DNA of 64,000 nucleotides, taken from contig NC_045696.1 of NCBI RefSeq assembly GCF_009834535.1, positions 67,706,001 through 67,770,000 on the forward strand. The letters run 5' to 3'. The DNA comes from Camelus ferus. Lineage: Eukaryota. Below the pieces are notes generated by a model, which made no database searches, was not told the origin of the DNA, and was given only the letters and a program-made list of their open reading frames with translations. Within the stretch, counting starts at the first letter, position 1, and the number at the start of each line of letters is the position of its first letter. The translations under genes were made by a program, and so were the position numbers. Positions 37,786-49,380 of the stretch are shown here, piece after piece.

Positions 37786-39607
37786 AAAAGCAAGTACCTA
37801 AGACAAGGCAGCAAAATTAGATCAGGACAGATTGTGAAGGGTAACATCTGCCTTTAATTTTAGTTGACAACTAACCTGATAGAATTAAGGGACACGTTTT
37901 AGGGCAAAAGAAGGGCAGGAGAGGGACACTCAGTGCTGAGAAAAAAACTGCACTGCAAGGAGAACAATTACTTTCTGATGAGAGATTGTTGTTTCATTAA
38001 GAGTAAGGACACACACACACCTCTGATGCAAATTGCTTCTGTTTAGCTGAGGGTGACATTTTCAAACAGCTTGAAAAAGGCAGCTTACAAAATATTTTTT
38101 TTAATAAGTCCCTATTGTCATAGCTAGGTACACTATTCTGTATCCACATATGAGCTCAGTTTAAAAGATAATATTATTTTTAAATATCAAAGATTTTTCT
38201 CCACGTGTGGTGCCATTTAAAATTCTTTCCTCACAGGACACCGGGGAAATTTAATTATCTGTTAACACATTGTGAAAACTAAAACAACATCAAGGATAGC
38301 CACAGAACCAGAAGCATGACTTTCCATTCATTAGGGACCATCACAGTCCAATGCACTGTATGCTACTTGAAATTCACATTATTTGATACTGCTTGGGGTT
38401 TTCAGAGTTAGAGGAGGGAGAGAGCCCAAAGCCAACAGATGAATTATTTTCTCACCTCTTATTTAAATAGTGAGCCCATTGAAAAGCAAGAAATCTATTT
38501 TATTTTAAGGAAAGAAAAAATAATACGAGATCCTACAAGATCCCTTACTAATGTAAAGTCTTGACTGCACTGCATCAGATAATCCTGGCCATCAGTCTCT
38601 TAACCTAAATTCAAAATTCAACAGACACAAAGTACATAACCACTTTAGGAAAGGCTGCTTCAAACCACACTGCCTTTTTATTACCTTAATACAAAAATTA
38701 TGGTAATTTCTTAATAAAGTTATGGAAACAGACCACATTATTAATTGCATTGCAAATATAGTATTTAATTAAAGATACATTATGTTGATAGAATTTAGCA
38801 TCTGGCACCCAGGCTGTGCAGACCACATAGGGTAACAACATAAAAATAATCACTATAAATGCCCTCTTGTGTTCCAGTCCTCAGCAGAGTCAACTGACTT
38901 CAGAGCAACATTCAAGGTCCATTATATTTTGTGGGAAATATCTAGGACGAAGGGGAAACTCATCTGCAACTGTCACGTGTTCCATCGCCCCGCATTCTGC
39001 GGGTCCACTTCTCTTAGGAGACGTTAAAAGCTTCCCTGTAAGCATGTGTCAGTGACATGGCGCTGCCTTGTGGACCCTCACACACAATCAACTGCTTCTA
39101 ACTTTTAAAACAGATACTCTAAAGACTCTTCTTAGCTGAACACCAAGGTTTCATACACGTACTTTCCAAAGTTTTCCAGAATCCCTTCTAACATCAATTC
39201 AGCACAGTCAGTGGTGGACTAATGAAACCTATTTAGTAGCGACTCATAATTCACTGCACTTGTACCGCTCCCTACAGGGTCATTTCCTCCCACTAAACCA
39301 CGATCATCTCTCACTACTGTTGCTTCACGGCTACTTTCTGGTCTACATTTTGTCACTGGCATTTGGTTAAGAAAAAGACTTTTCCATAAAACCTATAGAG
39401 CTTTTTCCTTTTAAAAATGCCAAGTCAAAATGTGCCTAATTTAAAAACACTATAGTCAAATTAAATCAATTCATCTCAGCAACAATAATAAAAGCAACAA
39501 CAAAAAAGCTTTTTTTCCCTTCTGGTTTAAAAGGTATTCCATGTTGCTGTGAAAACCGGCACTTCTGCAGGTAGCAATGACTTTGCTCTTCTTAAAAGCA
39601 GAATGTG

Positions 39608-39750
39608 GGGGGAAGGTATAGCCCAGTGGTAGAGTGTGTGTTTAGCATGCACAAGGTCCTGGATTCAATCCCCAGTACCTTCATTAAAAAAAAAAAAAAC
39701 TAATAATAAATAAATAGACCTAATGCCCCCAACTCCCCCCAAAGGGAAAA
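39608..39750 (+). mobile_element. Camelid tRNA(Ala)-derived SINE (Vic-1-like)
   Basis: GGGGGAAGGTATAGCCCAGTGGTAGAG (A box) ...TTAGCATGCACAAGGTCCTGGATTCAATCCCCAGTACC (B box), then an A-run and AATAAATAGACCTAAT. Probable degraded TSD AAAAGCAGAATGTG / AGATGCAGTATGTG. Confidence 0.9.
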
Positions 39751-41934
39751 AGATGCAGTATGTGACAGCCTTTGCAGATGGATGAAGAAACTGTACAAGT
39801 GTTACCTAATAATGCTATTCTTTATGTAGATTTACAAATATAGAGAAATACACAGAAGTGTGTTTATGTGCGTGTCTGCATATATTTCACATACATTTAA
39901 TGAAGGAATAGAAATAATCTTGGCAATTCAGATACAAAATAAGTACCTCTACATGTCCTAGATTTTTCACCCCCATGAAATAGCCATAAAAATACACAGA
40001 AATAGTGAACAGGTTTTCAATTGTAAACAGTTTGGACATTTTCAACTTCAGAATTTTAAAACCTGAATTTGGAGCCTAGGGGCAAAAGCAGTATGTATAT
40101 TCAGACGTTAGGCCTGAAAGAAGAATGTCAAGTCCCCTAGACTGGTCCACCTGGTTAGAGAAGGGACAGTTCCTCTGTCTCACTGGGGTCCCTGCCGTCA
40201 GAGCTAGGAGAGAATCCTCTTTCCACTCTATTCCCAGGAATCCATCCAACTGCCAGAATGGCTCAAGCTCAGAAGTCAGTCTTCAAAAAACAAGGAGAAG
40301 AAGAAGAACATAAAAGGGAAATAACCTGACACATCCTAACATAAATGGTGGGCTTAGAAGAAGGAAAATGTAAAACAAAGAGGGTCCAGCCAGTGCATTT
40401 TAACTGCCCATATGAACTTGTTATTTAAAAATAAACAAACAAACAGGCATTAAAATGCTAAAGGTAGCATATTTAATAAACTTTTAACATGTTATTTAAC
40501 TGTCTTGAGGACTCTGATTTCTCTAAATGAGTCACTGCTTCTCTGTGGAATTATAAAAAATCTAACTTATGCCATGTGATTTATTTATTTATGTGTTCCT
40601 TTAGGTTGGTAGTGAAATGTGGGGACCCAAGAGAAAAGTTCAACTGACATGTATATTTGCCAGAACTCAGTGGAAAAAAGCTTGACATCTCAGAGTCATT
40701 TTGTGAATAAAAGATAAAAACATATTTTTTAAACTCTTAAGTCAATGATGTTTCATGTCAATTATACCAAACAACTTTTGTTCAAGGGTTTTAAATGGTT
40801 GTAGAACTGTTACATGAACACAAATTTTCAGAGGGAGGAGTTCACATCACAGAAGGAATGGGGACCATCTTCGAAAAGAAGTTGGTTGAAGACATCTGGG
40901 TTTGAGAAGTAAGATGATGTGTAGAGTATTAAAAAGTAAGATCCAGATATAGAGATATGAAAAAAAAAAAAACCCCAAAGGAACAGGATGTAGAAATGAA
41001 TAATTTAGATATAAAACATAAGGCATGAACCATGCCAATAAATAGACATAATTTAAATAGAAAATGTCCTGTGATAGTTTTAAGCCGTGACCAAATTCAC
41101 ACAGACGCAAAAAGACTAAAAGGAAAAAACAACTTCTAAACCTATTTTTTTCTAGCCTAAAACTAGAAATAGGAGCTTACTTTTTAAAGAAAAAAAAAAC
41201 CCCTCATTTAACTCTTGCTCTTATCAGAGAACCTTCTTTGTCAGTTTTAACAGCAGATTAATCACTTTCACAACCTACGGAAAAAGTTTTCTGGAAAGCA
41301 TAGCAGCCTGCAAGTGTAAATGACAGGATGACTTTTCCTGCAGCTCAGCCGCCTACAAATTCTCTCTCATCCATGACTCAGCATGAGGTAAAAGGAGCTA
41401 ATGAAAAGGGCCACATTTCCTTTTAAAATTTGTGAACTTTCTTTCAGTATGTAGAACTGTTAAAAAAAAAAAAATCCCCCAAAAGCTTGATAGAAAAGTA
41501 AAGCCGCTCTCCATGAACGCTCGTTAGCTACACACCTAGAAACTTCCTTCCAAGTAATGCTAAAAATAGGTTTGTTGTCTGCTGCCCCGCCTGAGGCCTA
41601 ACATTATAATCTATTGGGGGTTTAGTGTACACACATTTCTATATTACATTTACAGGATTATGGGGGGAAGATAAAAATGCTACTTTGCTGAAACCAAGAC
41701 TTCAAGAGGAGAGCCAGAAAACACAGAACTTTGCGGTCAGGACCAGGGACTTGTCCTGGGGCTTTCCCTCCTAGCAGGATACCACTTGATTTGATTGTGT
41801 AAACAGCCCTCTAGAAGCAGGCAGGTTCCTAGGGAGCCATCACCCAGGCTGGAAACATATTTCTATGGTTCGTTTTCTCCCGCAGAAGCAAGAATGTGAT
41901 CACTTTGTCGAAACATCGGTGAATTAGTGAGGTC

Positions 41935-43780
41935 TCATTTATTCATCAAATAGTTGCTGAGTGCCCAATCTTCGCTAGACACTGTGCGAAGAGGCCCTGG
42001 GCATCAGGGACAGGAAGCTGAACAGGATGGTCAAGGTCAGGGGTCAGCGTCCTCCTGGAACTTACAGTGGGTGTACAGTGACCGCTCGGGGGGAGGAGGA
42101 GGCGGTGAGTAAAGGAGCACTTACAGGACAGGGTAGAAAGTGTGAGGATGAGGAAGTTCAAGGGGAAAAGATACAGGAACCCGTAGCAAGGGCACTGACA
42201 CTGCACAAGAGCAGAGGAGGCTGCTGGACATTTCTCAAGGGAAGTGACACCAACGCTGAGACACGAGCAGAGGGCTGGGGGTGCGGACAGTGTTCCAGGG
42301 AGAGGAAATGCATGGGACTGTCCAGGGGCAGCGCAGTGCCCTCGGCGATCTGAGACAAGTCCAGTGTGTCTTCATGGAGCGTAAGAGAGACAGTGGTAAA
42401 AGAAGCCAAAAGGCATAAAACACCTAAAAATAAAATTAAAAAATATTTTTTAAAAAAGTGCTATTACTCTTCCTATTTTACATATGGGAACAAGCCAAAA
42501 ACGGTTCCTTGTCCAAGATCACACAGCATGGAAGTGAGATTTAAGCCCACTTCTATTTGCTTTCAAGATCTGTTTTCTTAATCACTCTGTTATATGACCA
42601 GGCTGAAAAAAAAAGACGTTGGACAAGACAATAGTACAGTGAGATGTACATTTTAAGAGAGATTGGGTGGCAGGCAAGGGGCTACAAGGAAACCAGTGAG
42701 GAGTGCATTACCAATGCCATGCAAACGTGGTCCATGTGAAATCCTTCAAAGGCAGTGGACACGGGGAGAAGTAGAAAGGTTTATGGAATACTTGGGAGGC
42801 AAAATTGACCATAAGGGAAAGAGAGGAGTGTAGAAATACTACCCAGGCTGCTGGCTTAGGGAAACGGTTGGATGGTGTCACTATTCAGTTTAACCACACA
42901 GGAGGAGAAGGAATTCTGGAGAGAAGTTGATGAATTTATTTGAGGCATGTTCAGACTAAGTATTCTGTGATATATGCAAATGCCCCTGGTCAAGAAGCAT
43001 TTAGAAAGGTCTGGATCTGAACTGCAAGAAAACTTGCTGAAACAGATCTTTATAACAACATCACAGCACAGGTAGTTGAGGCCACAGAAGTGAGAGTCTC
43101 CAAACCAAATATGGGAAGTAGAAGAAGAAGAGATCCTGGGAAAGATGCCCTCATCCCAACCATCACCACCACCAAAGAAAACCACCATCTACAACATCCA
43201 AGGGAAGGTAGAAGAAGAGGAACTAAGAAGATTCCTAAAAGTGGAATTGCTCAGAAAGGTAGGAAGAAAACCAAGAGAGCACGGTGTGCAAAACCTTAGA
43301 AAAGTTGGCCAGATGCCCTAAGTGTGCTGCAGGCTTAAACAGGGCAGGCACACAAAGTGAAACTCTGGGAGGAGAGAAAGTCAACAGTGGGGAGAGTAGG
43401 CTCAAGTATGGAATCATACAGTCTAAGTTGGGTAAGAAGAAATATAGGCAGAGACTGATGGGGAAATAGAATTAAAAATAATGGAGTAGAGTAGAAGCCT
43501 AACCAAGTAGGAAGAATACAGGGGGGTGTTTTTGTTTTGTTTCTTTAATTCTTTGATTCACGGGCCAGGCAACAACAAGATCCAGGTGTGGAACCCTGGG
43601 AGTGGTGGCTACAGTTGAATGGAAATCAGAGTCACAGGAGATTAGAGGTCAAGGGACCAAAAATAAGTTGAGCCCTGAAATCTTCCAACAAGACTGAAAG
43701 CTTGGACACAGAGGGGATACAGAGGACCATTTGCCAAGTGGTCAGTGAATGACAGCCAGGATCAGGGGATTAGGCAACGA
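41935..43780 (-). mobile_element. Long degraded L2 with an inserted MIR (about 42460-42600)
   Basis: CATTTATTCATCAAATAGTTGCTGAGTGCC start; AAGGAAACCAGTGAGGAG; GTTGGATGGTGTCACTATTCA; MIR motif CTTGTCCAAGATCACACAGC...GATTTAAGCCCA. Confidence 0.7.
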
Positions 43781-44183
43781 TAGTAATGTGGAGGAAAAAG
43801 CATTTTAGTCAAATGTTTTCAACCTTGAAGAAACATATGCATGTTACTAAATCACAAATCAATTAAGAATGCAAAAGAAACTGCAATCAACTCTGCAGTT
43901 TGGAACTTAGAACTAACACAAAGGAGCTATCTGAGAAGCAACAGTTCTATTCCCAGGGTAGGTAGGCAAAGCCTTTTCAGGTCTCAACATGTGTGAGGTA
44001 AGAACACTAGTTTGTCCACATTTACTGCCCTCTACGTCTGTCATCACTTCCAGCCACCAGTCCCAGTGTTGACCCAGTCTCAGGGTTTCTCCCACAGTTT
44101 TTCTACTTTTCCTGTTCCTGAGCTCTCAGGGCCCATGGTTTCTGGACCACAGATTGATCTTTTGTAGAAAACAGCCAGCCTTC

Positions 44184-44586
44184 TGGAATGATCAGTTTTT
44201 GGTGTCAATTTTTCTAGTACAGTATCCCTAGGTATTCAATCAAACACTCATCTAGGTGTGGCTGCAAAGGTATTTTGTGTAAGTAATTGAAGTTCATAAT
44301 CAGTTGACTTTAAGTAAGAGGGATTATCCTAGATAATCTGGGTTGGCCTGATTGAAAATTAAAAGGCCTTGAGAGCAAAGCTGAAACTTCTTTAAAAGAG
44401 AAGAAATCCTACCTGCGGACACTAACGTCAGCTCCTGTAGTCAAGCAGCAGCCTGCCCTTCCTCATAGCCTTCAGTACAGAAGTGGGACCATCAAGCCAG
44501 CCCATATACTCATGTCAGCTAATTCCTTGCAATAAACCTCTTGGTATTTGTCTCCTACCAGCTCTGGTAAAACACTGACTAATACA
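44184..44586 (+). mobile_element. MLT2 (MLT2D-like, ERVL) solo LTR with intact TG...CA ends and 5-bp TSD
   Basis: Starts TGGAATGATCAGTTTTTGGTGTCAA, contains AATCAGTTGACTTTAAGTAA..G.GATTATCCT.GATAATCTGGGT.GGCCT and AATAAA, and ends CTGACTAATACA. Flanked by CCTTC at 44179-44183 and 44587-44591. Confidence 0.92.
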
Positions 44587-46929
44587 CCTTCTGTAGGCAT
44601 CCCCAGTCCCACTGTCTGATCTTTGACTTTTGGTAGAAAACAAAACATTCATAAGGTCTGCTAATGCAGCTGCAAGGCTATATGTAGACCATCCTTGCTG
44701 CACGCTGATTTCTACCCTAAACAGACTGTAAGGTTGCTTCTGGGGAAAAAAAAAAATGCTTTCCTACTATAAGCCAAAATTACTAGGAATATATTTCCCC
44801 AAGGGCTTTTCAGTAAGATGGGGACTCCTGGATCCCTTGGAAGATTTCAGTTGTCCCTCAAGAAGGCAGGGAGCAATTACAAGACATAGAAAGGTTAAAA
44901 AAAAAAAGTCTTCATACTCTACATACAAAGTGGAGTAATTAAAATCAGGAACAGGGGAATAACAGACAGTAATAACAATGGAGAAAAACAGATGATTGAA
45001 AAGGCAGAGGTAATAGACATTACTGATGCATCGATCCTTTACAGGTTATCACCGCTTATAGTTATAACTATGCACTGAATGCTTTGGGTCATATTTTTTT
45101 AATTGGGAAAGGAGAGATTTATTGAGAAAAAGAATTGTAGTATTACTCTCCTGAGAAATACGAGAGGACTTTTGGCAAAACAGCCCTTGGTGCCTTGTCA
45201 ATTGTATGGCAAACAGTATTACAGTTTGCATAGTCATGGTTTGTACCTGAACTCTTAACTCAACAGGGCCTTTAAAAATCTAGTTAGATTCAGAATTATA
45301 TCTTGACTAACTAGAAATACTATTTTTTTCATTTTTAAAAAATGCGATTGCTTTTTTTTGCCATTTATTTTAGTGTAGTTAACAGATATGATGGACATGC
45401 ATGGCCCTTCTATTACGGAATAATCTGAAAGATCTTAGTCTGACATCTTGATTTGGCACATGATAACTGAAGTTCCAAGGAAGGTAAGTGATGCTTCCAG
45501 TATGATGAAGATTAGGTGAAATGAAACCAGGTCCAGAATGCAAGTTTCTCAGCTTTTTGCCAGTGTTCTTTCCACCACACACTGCTGGGCAAGAAAGCTT
45601 TAAAACACATCCACATACACACCTCCATATCTCCCACTTCCCTACCCTTAACAAAATCCCAAGGGATGCTTTTGGCAGGCTTCAGAGATGGCTCTGGCAA
45701 CTCTAACTACATTCCTGGAATCCATTTGCAAACGCTGGTCAGCAGAGCCTACTTCATTCCCTTTTTGGTATTACTCACTCGGTAAAGGTTAAGTGTATGT
45801 GAATTATCATAAGTTTATTTTTATTCTCCCACCACCCCCTTTTTTGGTAAGTGATCATTGACTACCAGGCACAGGAAATACATTTCACTGAATGATTTTC
45901 TAAAATCAAAACTCCATCTGGGCTGGAACTGAGACAGACTTAGGGATGATCATTTATATCACTAATACCAGCTCCAATAAGCCATTCAAAGATAATCAGA
46001 GTGAAGAAAGAGTCTCCACCCTTTCCTGAAAGTACTTCCCAGGCTGAACCTCGGCTTCCCCACTATCTAATGTGCCACGTACACAACACACAAGCAGCTG
46101 GTGATCGCATTGTGACTCAGTGCACCGTGGGGAGAGGGGGCCAGAGGAGGAACTCACTCAGAATTGTAGAACGCAAGTCTCAACTAGCAAGTACTAAATG
46201 TGGTCCCCTTAGTTGGACAGATCAAATTGAAAAAAGAAAAAAGGTGAGAAGATGGACTGCTGAGGTCAGTCTCTGTAAGTGGGAAATAATGTTTCCCCTT
46301 AAAAAACTCAGAGAGATAGACAAACACTTGACCCCTTCACTCTGGATTAAATTAATATAATAACTAAAATTAACAGCACAACCTAGACTGATGAGGGAAA
46401 CATCACACAAAGAAAAATTATCAGTAGCCCAATGGTGGTCCCAGGAAGAAGGAATAAAATTCACACTCACAGCAGACATCTGGAGACAGAAAACAAAGTG
46501 TGTACGCTTTAGTTGTTGGGACCCAAAGCAAATCAGCCACGATCCTACAAACTTGAAAAGAAAGGAAAAGAAATCGTAAGAGCTGCTGGGACCATAAAGG
46601 GCTCTCAGCTTGGAAGTGTGTTACCAGAACACCAGATGTGCATTAAGTGTTCTGTTCTCTCTCATCAGGGTGGTTGGGAAGGAAAGGCATTCTGTTCATT
46701 AAATCCTGAAATTAGTGTTAAAAATCATAGTTCTACTTTTGTTCTGAGGTAAGTTCAAGTATGACAGTGATAGGTGGATAGAAAGACAAGCCACCTCACT
46801 CAAAAAATGCTCTCCAGTTTTCTAAAACATTGTATTTAAGATCAAGATTGTTTCAGTCTCTATTCTGCAAGGTGTTAAAAAGGTGCTGGGCAGGGGCAAA
46901 GGAAAGAAAACCGGTGGAGGGAGCGATTA

Positions 46930-46983
46930 CATAGAAAGATAGATAGAAAGATGATTAGATAGATTAGATCGATTGATAGATAG
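46930..46983. repeat. Imperfect (GATA/TAGA)n tract
   Basis: ATAGAAAGATAGATAGAAAGATGATTAGATAGATTAGATCGATTGATAGATAG. Confidence 0.8.
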
Positions 46984-47689
46984 CTAAGACAATTTGGAGA
47001 GAAGAGGGAAAAAGGGAAGGAGAGGGTGGGAGGAAGAGAGCGAGGGATGGAAAAATTTAATAGCTTTTTAACTCACCCTTGTAGACGTTTATTGTTAAAA
47101 GGTGTCTTACTTTGCTAAAATACTGCATGTGTGTATGTACATACATATGTACACTTATACAAATTTATGAAAATAAACATTATATATACATTTACCAAAC
47201 CACTTCTATAAATTACAATATACATGTAAAACAAAAGTAAAGTAGGCTAATTATAGGAGTTTTAAAAATATGCAGAAAAGTATAAGAAGTCTTATCTCCT
47301 ATGACCCCAGAAATAACTGTTAGTGTATGTATCACTTTAAATGTTATAAAATACACATATGTATTTGTATGTGTATGAAAATACATGTCACAATTCAAGT
47401 AATACATAGACTCATCTCTAAGTAAGAGATGTGCAAGTATCTAGGGTCTTTTTCCTCCTTTCACAGAGTGAATTAGAGAAAAGTTTGCTACTGTCAGGGA
47501 AACAAAAACAGAATTAGGATTTTAACCTCTGAGTCCCTACAATTATACGTAAGGAATATCCAAGATACTCTCAGATAAAGTTTATACGACTAGAAGGTAC
47601 TGGGGTAGAGAGGAGTGAACGTGGGAGACGGCTGGGTCGTCATGGGAGTAACACTGCTAACTCCCATGAGATTCCCACTGTGCAGCTGA

Positions 47690-47840
47690 TAAAACGCTTC
47701 TCACTCATTTCTTTACAAGTCAGCATTTTACTCCAATATCATAATTGTTCCAGTTTTTCTCATGAGGAAATGAGGCACGGAGACACCAACTATACTAGTT
47801 AAGGTCACCAAGCCAGTAAACGGTGGAGCCAGGACTTCAG
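47690..47840 (-). mobile_element. MIR SINE remnant
   Basis: ATGAGGAAA.TGAGGCACGGAGA...AAGGTCAC.AAGCCAGTAAACGGTGGAGCCAGGA. Confidence 0.75.
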
Positions 47841-48149
47841 TGAATGTCTATGTACAGGTGGAAGAGTTAACACAGAATGCATAGTGGTTTTTAAAGATGC
47901 ATAATTCTCCTCACCATTTTGAATTTCTGGAAATCTGCTCACTGGTGAGGGAGGTAGTCGTGGGAACATCACCAGCCCAGGTGTGCATAGGAGGGTGCAG
48001 CCCCGTCTCCTCCGAGTACTATTGTTTTAGACAGGACGTGCAGACATTCATTTTTTCAAGACAAAAATCGTTCCAGTAATAGAACTTCAAGAATTGTGAT
48101 TTTAATCCTCATTTTGTTTTCTGAGATATAGAAATCGACCTTGACACAC

Positions 48150-48370
48150 TACAGTATAAAGAAAAGAACACTGGACTGCAAGTTAGGAACTTCTGCTCAC
48201 ATCTCACCATCACTGAACAGCCCTGCAAATGAGCAAACCATCTCTTCTAGCTTTTCCTTTGCTCCTCAGTAAAATGGAGCTAATAATAGAGCCGATGATA
48301 TTCACAGAGGTAACAGGTAATGCGCCTGGCACAGTGTGTGATACGTGGAAGGAAGTAACACAACATTCTA
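48150..48370 (+). mobile_element. MIR SINE
   Basis: AAAAGAACACTGGACT...TTTCCTT.GCTC..CAGTAAAATGGAG.TAATAATAG...GCGCCTGGCACAGTG. Confidence 0.7.
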
Positions 48371-49159
48371 CCAGCCTGCCAGTTACCACCTCAAGGAGCC
48401 AACAGCCCACTAGCATAAAGAACATCATTTTCTCCACGCTGGTGTCTCTGGACTAAGCACCAACGATATTCAATTCTATTTAAACTCTGTGTATTTAAAG
48501 GAAACTCACTGAATCACAGCAAATTCTTGGTCCACCTGAAGTCTGCAAAGGCCCAAAGAATATCAAAAAGCTGCCTCTTTTCCTGCACCAAGTCTGGACA
48601 TAAACTCATGGGCTGAAGCAGAGTAAGAACCACGGAAACAGATGACCATGAGCCTCAGCCATTCAGATCAGCACCCTAAATCAGCAGACTGTTGTGGGGT
48701 GGGGTAGGTGACTCAAAGGGCAGGCAAATCCAGTCAGGTCTCTTTTCCACGCACTTGAATGCATCTCCAGCCACTGCTGGAAGTCCACGGTCCAGAAAGG
48801 CAATCCTAACGTATCTCTCAAATCCAATCAATCACTCAAAGAAGTATCTTTTTGTTTGTTTAGTGGAGTAGGAAAGAATGATCCCAAATGGTCCTAAGAG
48901 GCAAGAACAAACTGGTGAGAACGCAGACCTTAGCGTCCTTCCATCAAGAAGCCCATGTCGTCAGCAACGCTGATTTAATAAAACCAGAGCGGGGCTGCTA
49001 TAATTGGGCTGCCATTCTAGCTACAGGGTTTCCAGGGTAACCAAACTCTTGCCATAGATACAATGCACCTAGTAGCACAAAGACTAAGGGTTTGGGGAAA
49101 GTCAGCATCAAACAAGCGGTCAAGAATTCAGGCTGAAGAGAGCTAGCTATACCAAAAGC

Positions 49160-49380
49160 ACCTAAGTGAAAGCAGACTGGATTCAAAACTCCCAGCTTTG
49201 CCACATCCCAGCTTGGGGAATTCAGAAAAAAAAACAAAAAAACCCTTAACTTCTCTGGGCCTTGTCTCCTCATCTGTAAAATGAGCATAACCATGGTGTC
49301 TGTCTCAGAGGGCTGTTACAAGGATAAAAAAAGGGAACTTAAACAGTAACTGGTACACTTTAAACCCCAACTAAATGTTA
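49160..49380 (+). mobile_element. MIR SINE
   Basis: GCAGACTGGATTCAAA..CCCAGCTTTGCCAC...CTTAACTTCTCTGGGCCT...TCTCCTCATCTGTAAAATG. Confidence 0.8.

Noticed and set aside
39608..39685. tRNA-Ala(AGC)-like gene (also 26250-26321 on the minus strand)
   Set aside because: Mismatched stems, an A-rich SINE tail and a probable TSD indicate tRNA-derived SINEs, not tRNA genes.
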